From positions 19,650,587 through 19,714,586 of the forward strand of contig CM120648.1 of the NCBI GenBank assembly GCA_051362555.1: DNA of 64,000 bases. The letters run 5' to 3'. The DNA comes from Lingula anatina (Eukaryota; Animalia; Brachiopoda). Numbering within the stretch: position 1 is the first letter of the stretch; each line of letters starts with the position of its first letter. Under the pieces are notes generated by a model. That model did no database searches. It was not told the origin of the DNA and saw nothing but the letters and a program-made list of their open reading frames with translations. Shown here piece by piece: positions 13,201-23,624 of the stretch. Position numbers and translations under genes: made by a program.

Positions 13201-16200
13201 TTACACTCTCATAGATGTAATCAACATTGATACAACTTATCTGTTCGCCAAAATTTTTTTTTTCTCAAGAAGTTAGGTTTCTTGGCTACTGAAATGAGAG
13301 TGTAAACCTAGTATTTGTTGTCATGGTAATTCTTTCTGTTGCATGTTTTTCTTCATTTTCCTTTCCCTGCATTTTCTCCACTAGAGGTCTCTTCTAGACG
13401 ATTTCCCCGAGCAATATACTGACTCTGTGCGAAGTGGCAAAAGTGTTCAATTTAATGTCATGGACTTACAAGAGGTAAGTTTAATGTCATGGGTTTACTA
13501 GAGAAAATGTTAAAGTGATGAACATACAGGTAAGTCCTGAACCATGCTTTCATAAACAAAATAAACAGAGGCTGGCAGATCTGCTGCACTGTGGAAATTA
13601 TACTTTTGAAATACTGCCACTACCCATGTCAGTAATTATCAGTGATGTTTTTAAAAGTAATAAATATTGTTATGTGTCAGTTACTGCATCCCAGAGCTAA
13701 TAATGATATCATGGAGGATAAAGGGGTCCAGTCAGGGTCAGGGGGAGATCAGAGGTGAAGTGAAGGTCAGGGCAAGGTCAGAGGTGAAGTAAAGATCAGG
13801 GAGAGGTCAGAGGTAAAGGTCAAGAAATTGTCATTTGTCCATCACAAGATCAGTCTTGGGTCAAGAGACCCAGAAATGTGCCAAAAGAAGTTATATTGAA
13901 ACAGTCATTTGACAACTGGGATGTAAAGCAGTTGTTTCTTTATGTATAATATTATTTATTAATTATGATTTTATCGATATGAATATTATTTCTTTAATTT
14001 TTTGGAATTTTATAGGCTTACCATATATTTCATAGTTGAAGGCTAATTTTAAGGTTGCTTTTTAGAAGTGACTTAGTAGACATGCTTTTCTTGCTAGTTT
14101 ATACATGTATATATTTTAGATGTCTAGCTTTCCTATGGAATATTATATCACTTGTGGTGATACTCTAGTAGTATTATACCCCAGACACTGGTTTAGGGGT
14201 GTATGGACTACAGGTTGGCTGTCTGTTAAGTTTGTCCATTAAAATTGCTTGACTTGGTGAATACATCACATAACAGGTCAGCAGATTGTATAACTGAAAT
14301 TTTCAGACTTTTTTAAGATGAAGAAAAGGTAAATGATGTTAGTGAATTTTATGGATATTTCTTTGTATTACGGTAAGTTGATTTCGGAAATGCATCAAGT
14401 AAGGTGTGATGTGTGGTATATTTGATATGTTTATCAAGTGTGTGTTGTGTTTAGAATTTATTTTGTCATGATTGTAGAACTTGCAGTGATGAGAGCCTTA
14501 GTGTCTTCACTAGAACAGCTTGCAGTGAACTGACACATGGTTACATACTATATTGACTTTAGAGAGTATCTAGAACCAGTTTCAGAAAATGACTTAAAAG
14601 TTTGCTTTTCTTTAAAGTCTTTATTGCATTCAACATAAATTCTGAATTAAAGACGAGACTTTTAACTTAGCTGAAATCACCCTACCTGGTTAACAATAGA
14701 ATGTTATTTTAAAACCCGATATTTTATTTGAAAGGTATAGGTGATGAGATCAATAACCTTTATAAAGATGTTGCGTAGTTTATGTATTAAAATGGCACAT
14801 TTCTATACTTCAAAAATAACTGATTTCAAAAAGTTATCATTCTGTCATTGGATTATTTCTCTTCATTTGCAAGCCTCCACAGAGAGTGATAGATTTGAGT
14901 GAAGAAGAGGTAAAGTACCAGTAGCATGATGTGTGCTGTGTTCATTTATAAACTGACATCAGAGAAGACTTACATCCGCTGTGTTATGTTAGAACAATTA
15001 AGTAGTTTTTCTTCAATCAACAGCTAATATTTGGCAGCGAATATTGCCTCATTCCATGATGTAGATACTCTTGAGAGACAATGAAATATTGGAGGTAATT
15101 ATTAGCTGCCAGTATTCACTGGTCATTGAAGAAAAATGTCTTTATTCTTAAACTGACATATTGTTAATGTTGTTTAGTTCAGTCAAACCCAACCAAAGAA
15201 TTTAAAACCATGTTCAGAAGAGGCAGATGAAGGCGGTTATTTTGACAGAAGCTTCGAAACCAGAAAGAAAGTGATGAAGTGTATAATATGCCAATTTATA
15301 TGCTGCTTCTTTAAAAATATATGTTACATTTTGTTTACTTATTGATGTCAGGGGCAGATAATAAGGGTTGAAATGTCAAATAATAGACATAAAGTGTGAC
15401 CTATACCATCCCATCCCCAGGCACAAATAGTAGTTAAGATGTGAATTATGGTTTTATCCTAGATATTCAATATTAGTACTTGAACCTAACTCACACTGCT
15501 TCATTTTGACAGCCTTAAGTCATGCCAAAAACTATAAGTATAATAGTATAAATATTTCACAACTGTCACTGTGAATGAAAATCATAATATTTAATCAATA
15601 ACAAAAATAAAAAAATAAGTCTTGAGATTCAATTTTTTAAAAAACTTACATAAAAGTGTATCACATTCTACTGAATTACAACTTTATAGGCTAAGAATTG
15701 GTTAAATTCCTTCTTGGATCACTATAAGGCTTTTGCAGTTAAGATGGAAGGCTTTATTATATGAAGCAGGGTCTGGCTCTGTAGATATTAATGACAACCT
15801 GTTTTATTGCTCTCTATAGATGTAAAATGACACAGTTGGTATTACACTGGGCCTGGGTCTGTAAATTCCATTGCTGGTCAGTTTTATTTCTTCCAGTAGT
15901 CATGAAATAGCACAGCTCTCAGTGGCAGATATTAAGAGGGGTGTTAGGGGGGTCCTGACCCCTCCCCTCCCCTTCGATTACTGAGAAAAAAATCACACCT
16001 ATAATTCCTCTTGAAATAGGAATTTTGTGTAGCTTAATCATAGTTTTAAACTATACCAGATGTCACCATTCACCAAATAAAATACCAAAATATCAGTGGG
16101 CCCCGAACCCCACGTCAGCAGGGGAAGGGGAGACTTCAATTCCATGGACTACCCCCTTCAAATAATTCTGGCTTCGCCCTTGGCTCTTATTGCACAGTAA

Positions 16201-17749
16201 TGCACTGCTTGTAGTGCTCTAGATATGGTTAGTCTCTTCCTCCTTGCAGTGTTGCCATTTTGTATAGCCTGATTAAAGCTCATCTTATATGACAATGGCA
16301 ATGAACAGTTTCCTAAATTTGAATGATTCTTGATAAGTTTAGTCTTGTTCTGCTTACTGCTAACATTAGATTGGATTGCTGTCCTAATTTTGGAGAGCAC
16401 TGTAGATGGTCATGATAGTGTCATTGTTTTGACATGGTGTGACATTTGTTTGACAGTGTTGTGACATTGTATTGATGATAGTGTGATGTTGTTTGGGTGT
16501 AGTGAGACATCTTTACAAGGTTTTTTTTTAAAAACATGGTGTGACATTGTTTTGACAGTGGTGTGGTATATTTGGACATAGTGTGACATTGTTTTGATGT
16601 TAGTGTGATGTTGTTTGGATGTTTTGACATTTTTACAGTTTTTTTTTTCTCGGACATGGTGTGACATTTTTTGACAGTGGTGTAATATTTTTGACAGTAG
16701 CATGACATTGTTTTGACACTGATGTTTATTCTGTAGCAAAGACAGTGGGAGGAAGAGCAGTTGAAATGTCAGGTGAAGTTTGAAGAGGCTCAGATAAACC
16801 CCGCCCCCTTCCAGCTAGTGGAGAGGACTTCCTTACAGAAAGTAAGATGAAAAAAAAACAGAACATTTAGAAAATGCATGGCTGGTTTTCAAGAATGTTC
16901 ATTTTATCCGCATCTCTGTCTTTTACATAAATAAAACTTTCCAAAATTCAATAATGACTGGGGAATTGAAAAAAGAGAGGATCATTTAATCAAAAAAAAA
17001 TTTAGCATCAATGCAGAGGAATCTTTCGAAGTGTTTCAGCTTATTCTTGGAAGAAATGGATCCATCATAATGGCATGGGAGAACTGAATTGTACATGCAT
17101 TCTTTACAGTACCTAAGTAGTTAAGACTTCACCATTTCACTTCTTTCTCACTATGTGGTTGTGGCTATGTTTCAGGTTCACTCTCTGTTCTCACTGCTAG
17201 GCCTGAACCATGCCTATGTCACCAATACAGGGAGGTTGGTAGGAGTGGTTGCACTTAAAGAGGTAAACACACATCAACTTGTTACTATCATAACTATATA
17301 ATACTGTAAACTTGAACCATGCCTATGTCACCAATACAGGGAGGTTGGTAGGAGTGGTTGCACTTAAAGAGGTAAACACACATCAACTTGTTACTATCAT
17401 AACTATATAACACTGTAAACATCAGAATTGCTGCTATTTGGCACTAGAAAAGTAAATGCTTAATGTGTTTAAAAGTTGTTACAGTATTACTCAGCCTTTG
17501 TTAAATCTTGTGTGACCCAAGTCTTGTGTAAGGTGTTACACTCTCAAAGTATAGGTCAGAGAATGATGGAACAAGTTTAACAAATCACAGCATGGGGTAA
17601 TGCAATCAGCCTGCATTTTGTGCTTGCAGGTGAGGAGGGCCATTGAGGGCCAGGTAGAAGAAGACCATGAACTGATGCGGACACACAAGCATGGCAATAC
17701 TGTGGAACTGGAGATGGAAGTGAGGGAACGGTCGGATAGTGAGGTTTGA
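1179..17749 (+). CDS. CLCN2: ClC-2-type voltage-gated chloride channel, 3' part (C-terminal TM helices, CBS1, long linker, CBS2); possibly defective copy
   Basis: GT-AG exons 1179-1276, 5170-5285, 7755-7888, 8425-8752, 9067-9268, 9698-9792, 10726-10803, (13385-13474), 14874-14909, 16737-16841, 17176-17262, 17630-17749. They translate to ClC-2 hallmarks [96 protein letters not shown]. Phases are compatible except for a frameshift inside 8425-8752. Confidence 0.93.
1225..1961 (+). repeat. 77-bp tandem array (about 9.5 units) of exon 3' end plus 5' splice site
   Basis: Units start at 1301, 1378, 1455, 1532, 1609, 1686, 1763, 1840, 1917; about 52 nt exon plus 25 nt intron each. Confidence 0.95.
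2061..5145 (+). mobile_element. Helentron-associated non-autonomous element (HINE/DINE-1-like), copy 1
   Basis: 5' ATGTACAGAC..GTCTGTACAT hairpin, (GTC)n-like microsatellite, about 160-bp internal tandem cores, 3' subTIR GTCTGTACAT plus stem-loop GACAGC-TTT-GCTGCC, T-rich insertion site; similar copy at 34869-37650. Confidence 0.85.
4517..4705 (+). mobile_element. Small HINE nested in the larger HINE
   Basis: TTACCTCTGCCAAGGAGGT ... CCTTGGCAGAGGT plus GCACTCTCGGAGCGC hairpin and CTAGTT end; also present at about 36858-37094. Confidence 0.7.
5170..5285 (+). CDS. CLCN2: ClC-2 exon ([38 protein letters not shown])
   Basis: ctccag| ... |gtaata; phase 0 to 2; contains the central Tyr motif SIYDSII. 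Confidence 0.93.
5414..6288. mobile_element. PIF/Harbinger-type non-autonomous element
   Basis: TIR GCCCCCGTTTCACAAA / TTTGTGAAACGGGGGC, CAG TSD, subterminal TTTCACAAAGAATCT repeats. Confidence 0.85.
5765..5938. mobile_element. Nested MITE with 8-bp TSD
   Basis: GGGGC...GCCCC ends, inverted GTCCGAAGGTTCA subterminal repeats, TAAACAAA duplicated on both sides. Confidence 0.75.
7683..7735. repeat. (AT)n microsatellite; others at about 9953-10008, 10170-10226, 34275-34312, 36779-36810, 49251-49291
   Basis: Direct inspection. Confidence 0.95.
7755..7888 (+). CDS. CLCN2: ClC-2 exon, CBS1 ([13 protein letters not shown]...TFPLVDAP)
   Basis: tttgcag| ... |gtaggg; phase 2 to 1. Confidence 0.92.
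8425..8752 (+). CDS. CLCN2: ClC-2 exon ([11 protein letters not shown]... / ...PSARFTV...LDSM) with a net 1-nt frameshift
   Basis: ttccag| ... |gtaaac; entry frame stops at 8646-8648, while the exit frame that joins the next exon is shifted. Confidence 0.8.
9067..9268 (+). CDS. CLCN2: ClC-2 linker exon (GILKK, SP-rich)
   Basis: ttccag| ... |gttagc; open frame; resembles the xILKK motif of invertebrate ClC-2 linkers. Confidence 0.8.
9698..9792 (+). CDS. CLCN2: ClC-2 linker exon ([16 protein letters not shown]...)
   Basis: tttacag| ... |gtaact; phase 1 to 0. Confidence 0.75.
10288..10490. repeat. About 100-bp intronic tandem duplication
   Basis: ACACCATTAAA..GTGTGTGGTATT present twice. Confidence 0.85.
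10726..10803 (+). CDS. CLCN2: ClC-2 linker exon ([26 protein letters not shown])
   Basis: gacag| ... |gtaaga; phase 0-0; acceptor duplicated 57 bp upstream. Confidence 0.75.
12612..12862. mobile_element. Tourist-like MITE family (other copies about 24892-25106 inverted and 48255-48513; diverged relatives near 8795-9010 and 57198-57395)
   Basis: Imperfect TIR AGAC..TTCCCA, TAA/TTA flanks, internal palindromic structure, multiple copies in the window. Confidence 0.8.
13385..13474 (+). CDS. Candidate alternative ClC-2 exon ([30 protein letters not shown])
   Basis: Long pyrimidine tract plus ctag|, strong |gtaagt, 90 nt phase 0-0, open frame. Confidence 0.6.
14874..14909 (+). CDS. CLCN2: ClC-2 36-nt exon ([12 protein letters not shown])
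   Basis: ttgcaag| ... |gtaaag; resembles the P.ERV.D motif preceding CBS2 in invertebrate ClC-2. Confidence 0.75.
15920..16182. mobile_element. MITE with CAGTGGC-type TIR and 5-bp TSD
   Basis: CAGTGGCAGA ... TTCGCCCTTG flanked by GCTCT/GCTCT; related left end at 26237. Confidence 0.7.
16410..16725. repeat. Degenerate minisatellite (TGTGACATTGTTTTGACA-like) abutting the acceptor
   Basis: Recurring GTGTGACATTGTTTTGAC motifs. Confidence 0.8.
16737..16841 (+). CDS. CLCN2: ClC-2 exon, CBS2 start (QWEEEQL...[16 protein letters not shown])
   Basis: ctgtag| ... |gtaaga; conserved motif. Confidence 0.93.
17176..17262 (+). CDS. CLCN2: ClC-2 exon ([29 protein letters not shown])
   Basis: tttcag| ... 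|gtaaac; conserved CBS2; 109-bp junction duplication follows (17204-17420). Confidence 0.93.
17630..17749 (+). CDS. CLCN2: ClC-2 terminal exon (VRRAIEG...SEV*)
   Basis: ttgcag|; xRxAIEG motif; TGA at 17747-17749. Confidence 0.85.
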   Translation: MRRAIEGQVEEDHELMRTHKHGNTVELEMEVRERSDSEV

Positions 17750-18039
17750 ACTACATCAACTCATCAGATAGTGAGGCGTAAATAATAATTGCTCATGGTC
17801 AGTTTGGGACAGAAAGGAAAGTAAAGCACATGGAAACTGAAATATTTTATCAGGACATGAAATATGCCAGAAGACAGTGAAGAGAACATTACTAGGAGCT
17901 GTGTACCAGTAGAGAGAGAGGAGAGTATGAACTCTTAACATTGGTGCTGTGGTCAGAATACTTGGTGTTTACCATGTACCCCCCTCTCACTGCTGACATA
18001 CTGCATTTAGAGAGTTATCAAAATAAAGAACAAAGAGAT

Positions 18040-18325
18040 ATGGCATGTCATGATAGTCCATGACTTGACAGTCAGTGTCATGGTAACCATTGCCATGACA
18101 ATATGCCATGACAGTCCATGACCTGACATTCAGTACCATGGTAACCATTGCCGTGACAATATGGCATGACAGTCCATGGCCAGACATTCAGTATCATGGT
18201 AACCGTTGCCATGACAACATGGCATGACAGTCCATGACCTGACATTCAGTACCATGGTAACTGTTGCCATGACAACATGCCATGACAGACCATGTCGTCA
18301 TATACAGTGACATGGTAACCATTGT
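18040..18325. repeat. 58-bp tandem repeat downstream of the ClC stop codon
   Basis: CATGGTAACCATTGCCATGACAA...TTCAGTAC period 58. Confidence 0.85.
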
Positions 18326-18569
18326 TTCAGTTCATAATAATGCCAATATCATTTTATCCATGTTAAATTTATTTGGGTGCTTAAGTAAATAAATACATTG
18401 TAACTACTGGTGTATGGGGGTGGGGGGGGTTCATGCCAAGGCAGTCCTTTTGTACCCAGAGTTTAAGAGTTTACTGTAGACTGACCTGTGTAATCATCAT
18501 GTCTTCCAGAAAGGGAGGGGAGACATGATGATAATACAGCTTACTGGCAGTTTACTGTAGACTGACCTG

Positions 18570-19256
18570 GGGCCGGTTTCACAAAGCAGTAGTTAGTTAG
18601 AACAACTAACTACTGAACTACCTCGCTAACGAGCAAACCTAGCGATTTTCGAGGGGTGTTTCACGAAGCAGTCGTTAACTCATCGCTAAGTTCAGTCGTA
18701 AAGTTCGGTCGTTAGTTCTCTCGTTACTCACCGTAGTCTCGAAACCGTCTGCCGGAAGTGGAACTCTTGCGTAAAAGTGTCACGAAAGCACTAACTCTCC
18801 AATTTTTGGTGGCTGGAAATGCATAAGAACGTCTGCTTTGAGGTCGTCGTAAAGGATCTCCACCACCTTTTTGCCGCTCTTTTTGTCACAGCTAGGCGCA
18901 ACCTCTCGTAAATTGCATCATCGTGTGTATATTCTAATAGATTCTGCCTTTCATGAAAACGTCGTAGTCTACGTTGCTGTCTGGCGGTACGGATAGCAAG
19001 AAAAGTAGCCGCCATATTGGATACAAAGACAAACGACAGACAACGGTAACTAAGCAACCTTTCTATTTCATTCATTACGCATGCGTACGATGAAACTCTA
19101 GATTTAGCGACTGGTCTGACCAGTCGTTAAATATCCAAGGCAACAACGAGACAATAACGAGCGAGAGAACTAGCGACTGCTTCGTGAAACGGCACTATAA
19201 CTAGCGATAGGCTAACTACCGATCGCTAACTAACTACTGCTTTGTGAAACCGGCCC
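18570..19256 (-). mobile_element. Harbinger internal-deletion derivative retaining the transposase N-terminus
   Basis: 31-bp perfect TIR GGGCCGGTTTCACAAAGCAGTAGTTAGTTAG, CTG/CAG flanks; minus-strand MAATFLA..RRFHERQNLLEYTHDDAIYERLRL resembles Harbinger/HARBI1 N-termini; inserted in one copy of an 81-bp duplication whose twin shows the empty site. Confidence 0.85.
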
Positions 19257-19961
19257 CAGTGTAATCATAATGTCTTCCAGAAAGGGAGGGGAGACATGAT
19301 GATAATACAGCTTACTGGTAGTCTACTGGAAACTCCAAAACTCTGGATGCCATTTTAGTCATATATTTGTATATATATATTAACATTACCATATTTTTTA
19401 TATCTCTTTTTGTACAGACTGCATTATGATTTAAATTAGCTTTTTGAATGGTCAAATGATCCCTTGTTTTCCTTGTTCTGTTTATTTCAGTCATTGGCAT
19501 ATTATCATTATTCATAAATTTCAATTATCACAAAACAGATACAACTGTAACAGTGAATTTCCCTCTGGGGTTTAACTGTTGTTTATATTTAACAAAAAGA
19601 AACAGCACTATGCTGTCAAGTGCAAGGAGCCAAGTTGTTTTAAAATAGGTTGTTCTATTAAAATAGACAGAACTGTTTTTATACGCTGTGGTGTACAGTG
19701 TTTGTCCACATAAATAGAATTCCTCTCTCTTCTTTAGAATGTCAATTTAATACTTTTGATTTACAAACATATATTATCTCTATCTTATAAAGTATAAGGG
19801 TGTGTGTATGTGTGTGATCATTTGTGGGTGTGTAACAGTATAAGAAACGTTGTGCAGCATAAGATTTCTTAAAACTACAAAGCATCTCTGTGCGTCTTGA
19901 TAGCCTTATGTATAAAGTTGGAGCCATGATATGTAAAAAATGAAGTCATCTTTTTCAGATA

Positions 19962-20100
19962 TTCTAGTCTTACATACAGTATGTAGTATTGGACCAGAAT
20001 ATCACTTGTTCTAGTCTTACATACAGTATGTAGTATGGATCAGAATATCACTTGTTCTAGTCTTACATACAGTATGTAGTATTGGTCCAGAATATCACTT
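19962..20100. repeat. 46-47-bp tandem repeat, 3 copies
   Basis: TTCTAGTCTTACATACAGTATGTAGTA..CAGAATATCACTTG. Confidence 0.9.
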
Positions 20101-20652
20101 GGTTGTTGCGGGATTTTGTACTTTTTACTATTCAGTCAGAAAAATTTCATTAGCATGGTGGGCCTCATATAATATGCTTACAAACTTCAGCATTGGTTGA
20201 TCAAAATTTATATTGTTTATGCATCAATTATGTGCATATGTTATTGTTTATACAGAATGAAGTTAATCCAAGCCTGATATGCGTATATATTAGTGTTATG
20301 CAAGGTGTATTTAATAATAACGAACAGCAGTATTAACTACAGACTTCAGTGCAGTGATTTAGCTGGCATTATACCAGGAAGTTTATCAACAATTCTGTCT
20401 TCTCTGTAATGCTGAGATTTGAGACACAACTGTTGACCTTTGCAATTAATGAAAAATAAATATATTTTTCTTGAAATACAAGCTATTGTCTGTCTTGATT
20501 GACAGTAGACAAAGTTGTACATATATTCTGTAAAGAAGTTGGATGAAAATGACCACTACTGGTAAGATCCTTAAAACATTACTTTCCATTTGCAATTGAA
20601 AAACGATTCCGTATAAACTTTTGTAGTTCTAAGGTATAAGCTAGGGTGATAT

Positions 20653-23576
20653 TTACAAGACTGAAAAGCTTTTAAGCATCAATTTATCAGCAAAATTTGG
20701 AAAAAGTAACCTTAAAGATATAAATATTTTGGATGGTATATCTGTGCTAGTGTATACTTCATATTGCCTAGTAACAGTTGCCTTGGTGATCTCCAAGGCA
20801 ACAAGTTCTGATTGTACTGGCTGTATGGAGTTGTGCCAGTCACTGCCAAACATGCCTACGAATGATTTCACCGCTCTCTCCGTCCCTGAAAAGATAGGGT
20901 TTGATTAATAAAATGTAGGTAGAAAGACCAAGGAAATATTTAGTTGTAATCAATTAATTATTGTTTTGAAATAGAAAAATGATGGATTTAAGTTGGAAAT
21001 TAGGATTACTGGAAGAGGGCACTGAATAGGTGAAAATACAACCTCTTTCATATCAAATTCACATGATAGATATATTTTATGAATGTACATATGAACCAAG
21101 CATCGGTGGAGTGTGGATTCCCAGTAACACATAAACCACTTCTACTAGTTTCTTATACGGCTCAAATAAAATCAACATGACAAGGGATAAACTGAATAAA
21201 TCACTCGTTCTGCCAAAAAAGAGCTTTAGACTGCTCCTTTCTTTAAATTTTTGGTCAAAAACTTTATCTACTTTCCTGACCTAGTTTTCTGCCACATTGA
21301 TATACAGCAGCAAATCCATTCAGATATGATTTTTCGGGTAAAATTAAAAAGTGTCTTTTGGTTATCATCTTAGTTATACTACTAAAAACTATATGCTGGC
21401 AATTTGATTAGCTTTTATAGCAAAATGTGCCAGAATTTAAGACTGAAAGATTTATTTACTCCTTTATTCCATATGCACCTTTAAATCGTGGAACGCAACT
21501 TATTTTGTTCTATGTTCAGTAGTTTCAAAGCTCCAACAGCAAACATGAAGTATTTTATTATTACGTGTATAATATTGTAATGCTATCTGCATGTTTTGTA
21601 CAACTTCAAAACGAACTGGAAATTTAGCAATAAAATAACATTTGTTTCATTATTAAAATTTTATCAACATTCTTTGGTACCACCAGCATTCCAATCACAT
21701 GCAAGCACTGGTAAATATATAGGCACTTTGTACGTGTGAAATAAGAATAACAATAATAAATACGATAACATTAACACATACAAATCACGCTGGACTACCA
21801 AAAATTACATAAATTTACTTGTACTTACGTGTAGCGCCTACCATACACAAGGTGACGGATACCCCAGAGTTATAGAGAGCCAGTTCCTGTACTTACGTGT
21901 AACGCCTACCATACACAAGGTAACAGACACCCCAGAGTTATAGAGAGCCAGTTCCTGCCTGAGGACGCCAAAGAACCCCTGGAGAAAGTACTTAGTGGCG
22001 GTGTACACGGCTGTATATGGAGTGGCGGTAACTCCTGAAATAACAGCGTGGTGTGAATTAGTACATACGCTGTAGTGACTTATTACTTATTATTATTATA
22101 TATACAGTCATCCAGAGGAAACAGTTCAAGTCTTATGATGTTTACTGCTATGAAATACGCACACGGGTCTGGAAGAAATACAACAGTGGTAAAAAAGGTT
22201 GTCCCACCCCCGGTTTCATGTGCTTTTATTTATAAATGATCACATCACAGGAGTTAATTGCTATAAATTGTGTTTTTCATTCCAGATACCATAGCTAACT
22301 TGATTAGTGGTAAAGAAAATACAAACTAGCGGTGAAGATACCAACATTTAATACCATTTATTCACATTTATTACGTGTACCCCCTCAAATCCGACGTTTC
22401 ACTGTGATTTTCACAGAGGTAAAGTAATGCATGTCCATTAAATTGAAATGACACCACGCGCTAGCGCTAGCACATGAAAGCTTTTGACCAATGTTGTATA
22501 TACCATAAAACTAAGAAGAGCTAGGTCGTGATTATTTCAAATGAATTCAATATTAAATCAAAACACTCAACCTGTCTGAAAAGGTCTTCTGCAAGAATGT
22601 TGTTCGAGACTGAACAAACGGTAATTTTTTTTCATCTTCTTGTTATTTGAGACGTTTTATTTCAAGTGATTGACAGGCAGACGACATACCCACCCGCAGT
22701 AGAGGAGACCACTGAAAGGTGACCACGACTATTAGTCAACAGAGGTAGTGCATGGGACGCCAGATGAACAAATGACCGGAAGTTAACGTCCATACTGGTG
22801 GTCAGTCTCGTGAAGTTATCCTCTGTCCCCAGCCACGGCTGGACGTTAGGCGATATAGCATGGTTCAAAACCAGTATGTCCAGCCCGCCGAGTTTATTTT
22901 CCGTAAACTCGGTGTATGAAAAAAACAACAATGTTTTTATAATATTTAACCAAACGTTTATTGCAATTCTAGAGACATTTTGCAGTTGTACACACTTTAA
23001 TTGCTGTACTGTTTTCACTGTTCGTTTAAAATTGCTTTTGTTTAAAGGCAAGGAGTTATGTTTAGGTCACAAAAGTCGTCACGCCTGTTTCCATGAATAT
23101 TATATTAATGATAAAAAACTAAACTTGGCATCCAATTGCTCATTATTCAGACATCTTCTTGTATATTTGACAATACTGTATGTAATTCACAACGTTCACA
23201 TTGTTCAGGACCCATATACTGTAACCCCTCTACCCATGATGACTGCCGAAATTGATAATGCCAAAAGTTTAGCTGGGTCCCCGATCTTAATTGCCCTGAG
23301 TGTCAGAGTCACTGTGAAGCCAGTTTTGCTGATATGGGTTATATATGAAATCAAGATCGAGCTGCAAAACTGAAATCTAGAACCTAGGGTAGATCTTAGC
23401 GTCCTTCTGTGGAAAATCCTTCTGTGGGAAATCCTTCTGTGTGTGTGTGTGTGTGCTATGTACCTTGATAACCCTAGCGGTCTCCTCCATGTCTCCCAGG
23501 TCAATGTGTGTGTGTGTGTGCGTGTGTGCGTACTGTGTACCTTGATAACCCTAGCTATCTCCTCCATGTCTACCAG

Positions 23577-23624
<48 letters not shown>

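Noticed and set aside
16410-16739. His/Cys-rich minus-strand ORFs suggesting a metal-binding protein
   Set aside because: Translation artefact of a low-complexity intronic minisatellite.
22798-23373. 191-aa plus-strand ORF and other short ORFs in the track
   Set aside because: Antisense to real exons or inside repeats; no motifs or splice support.
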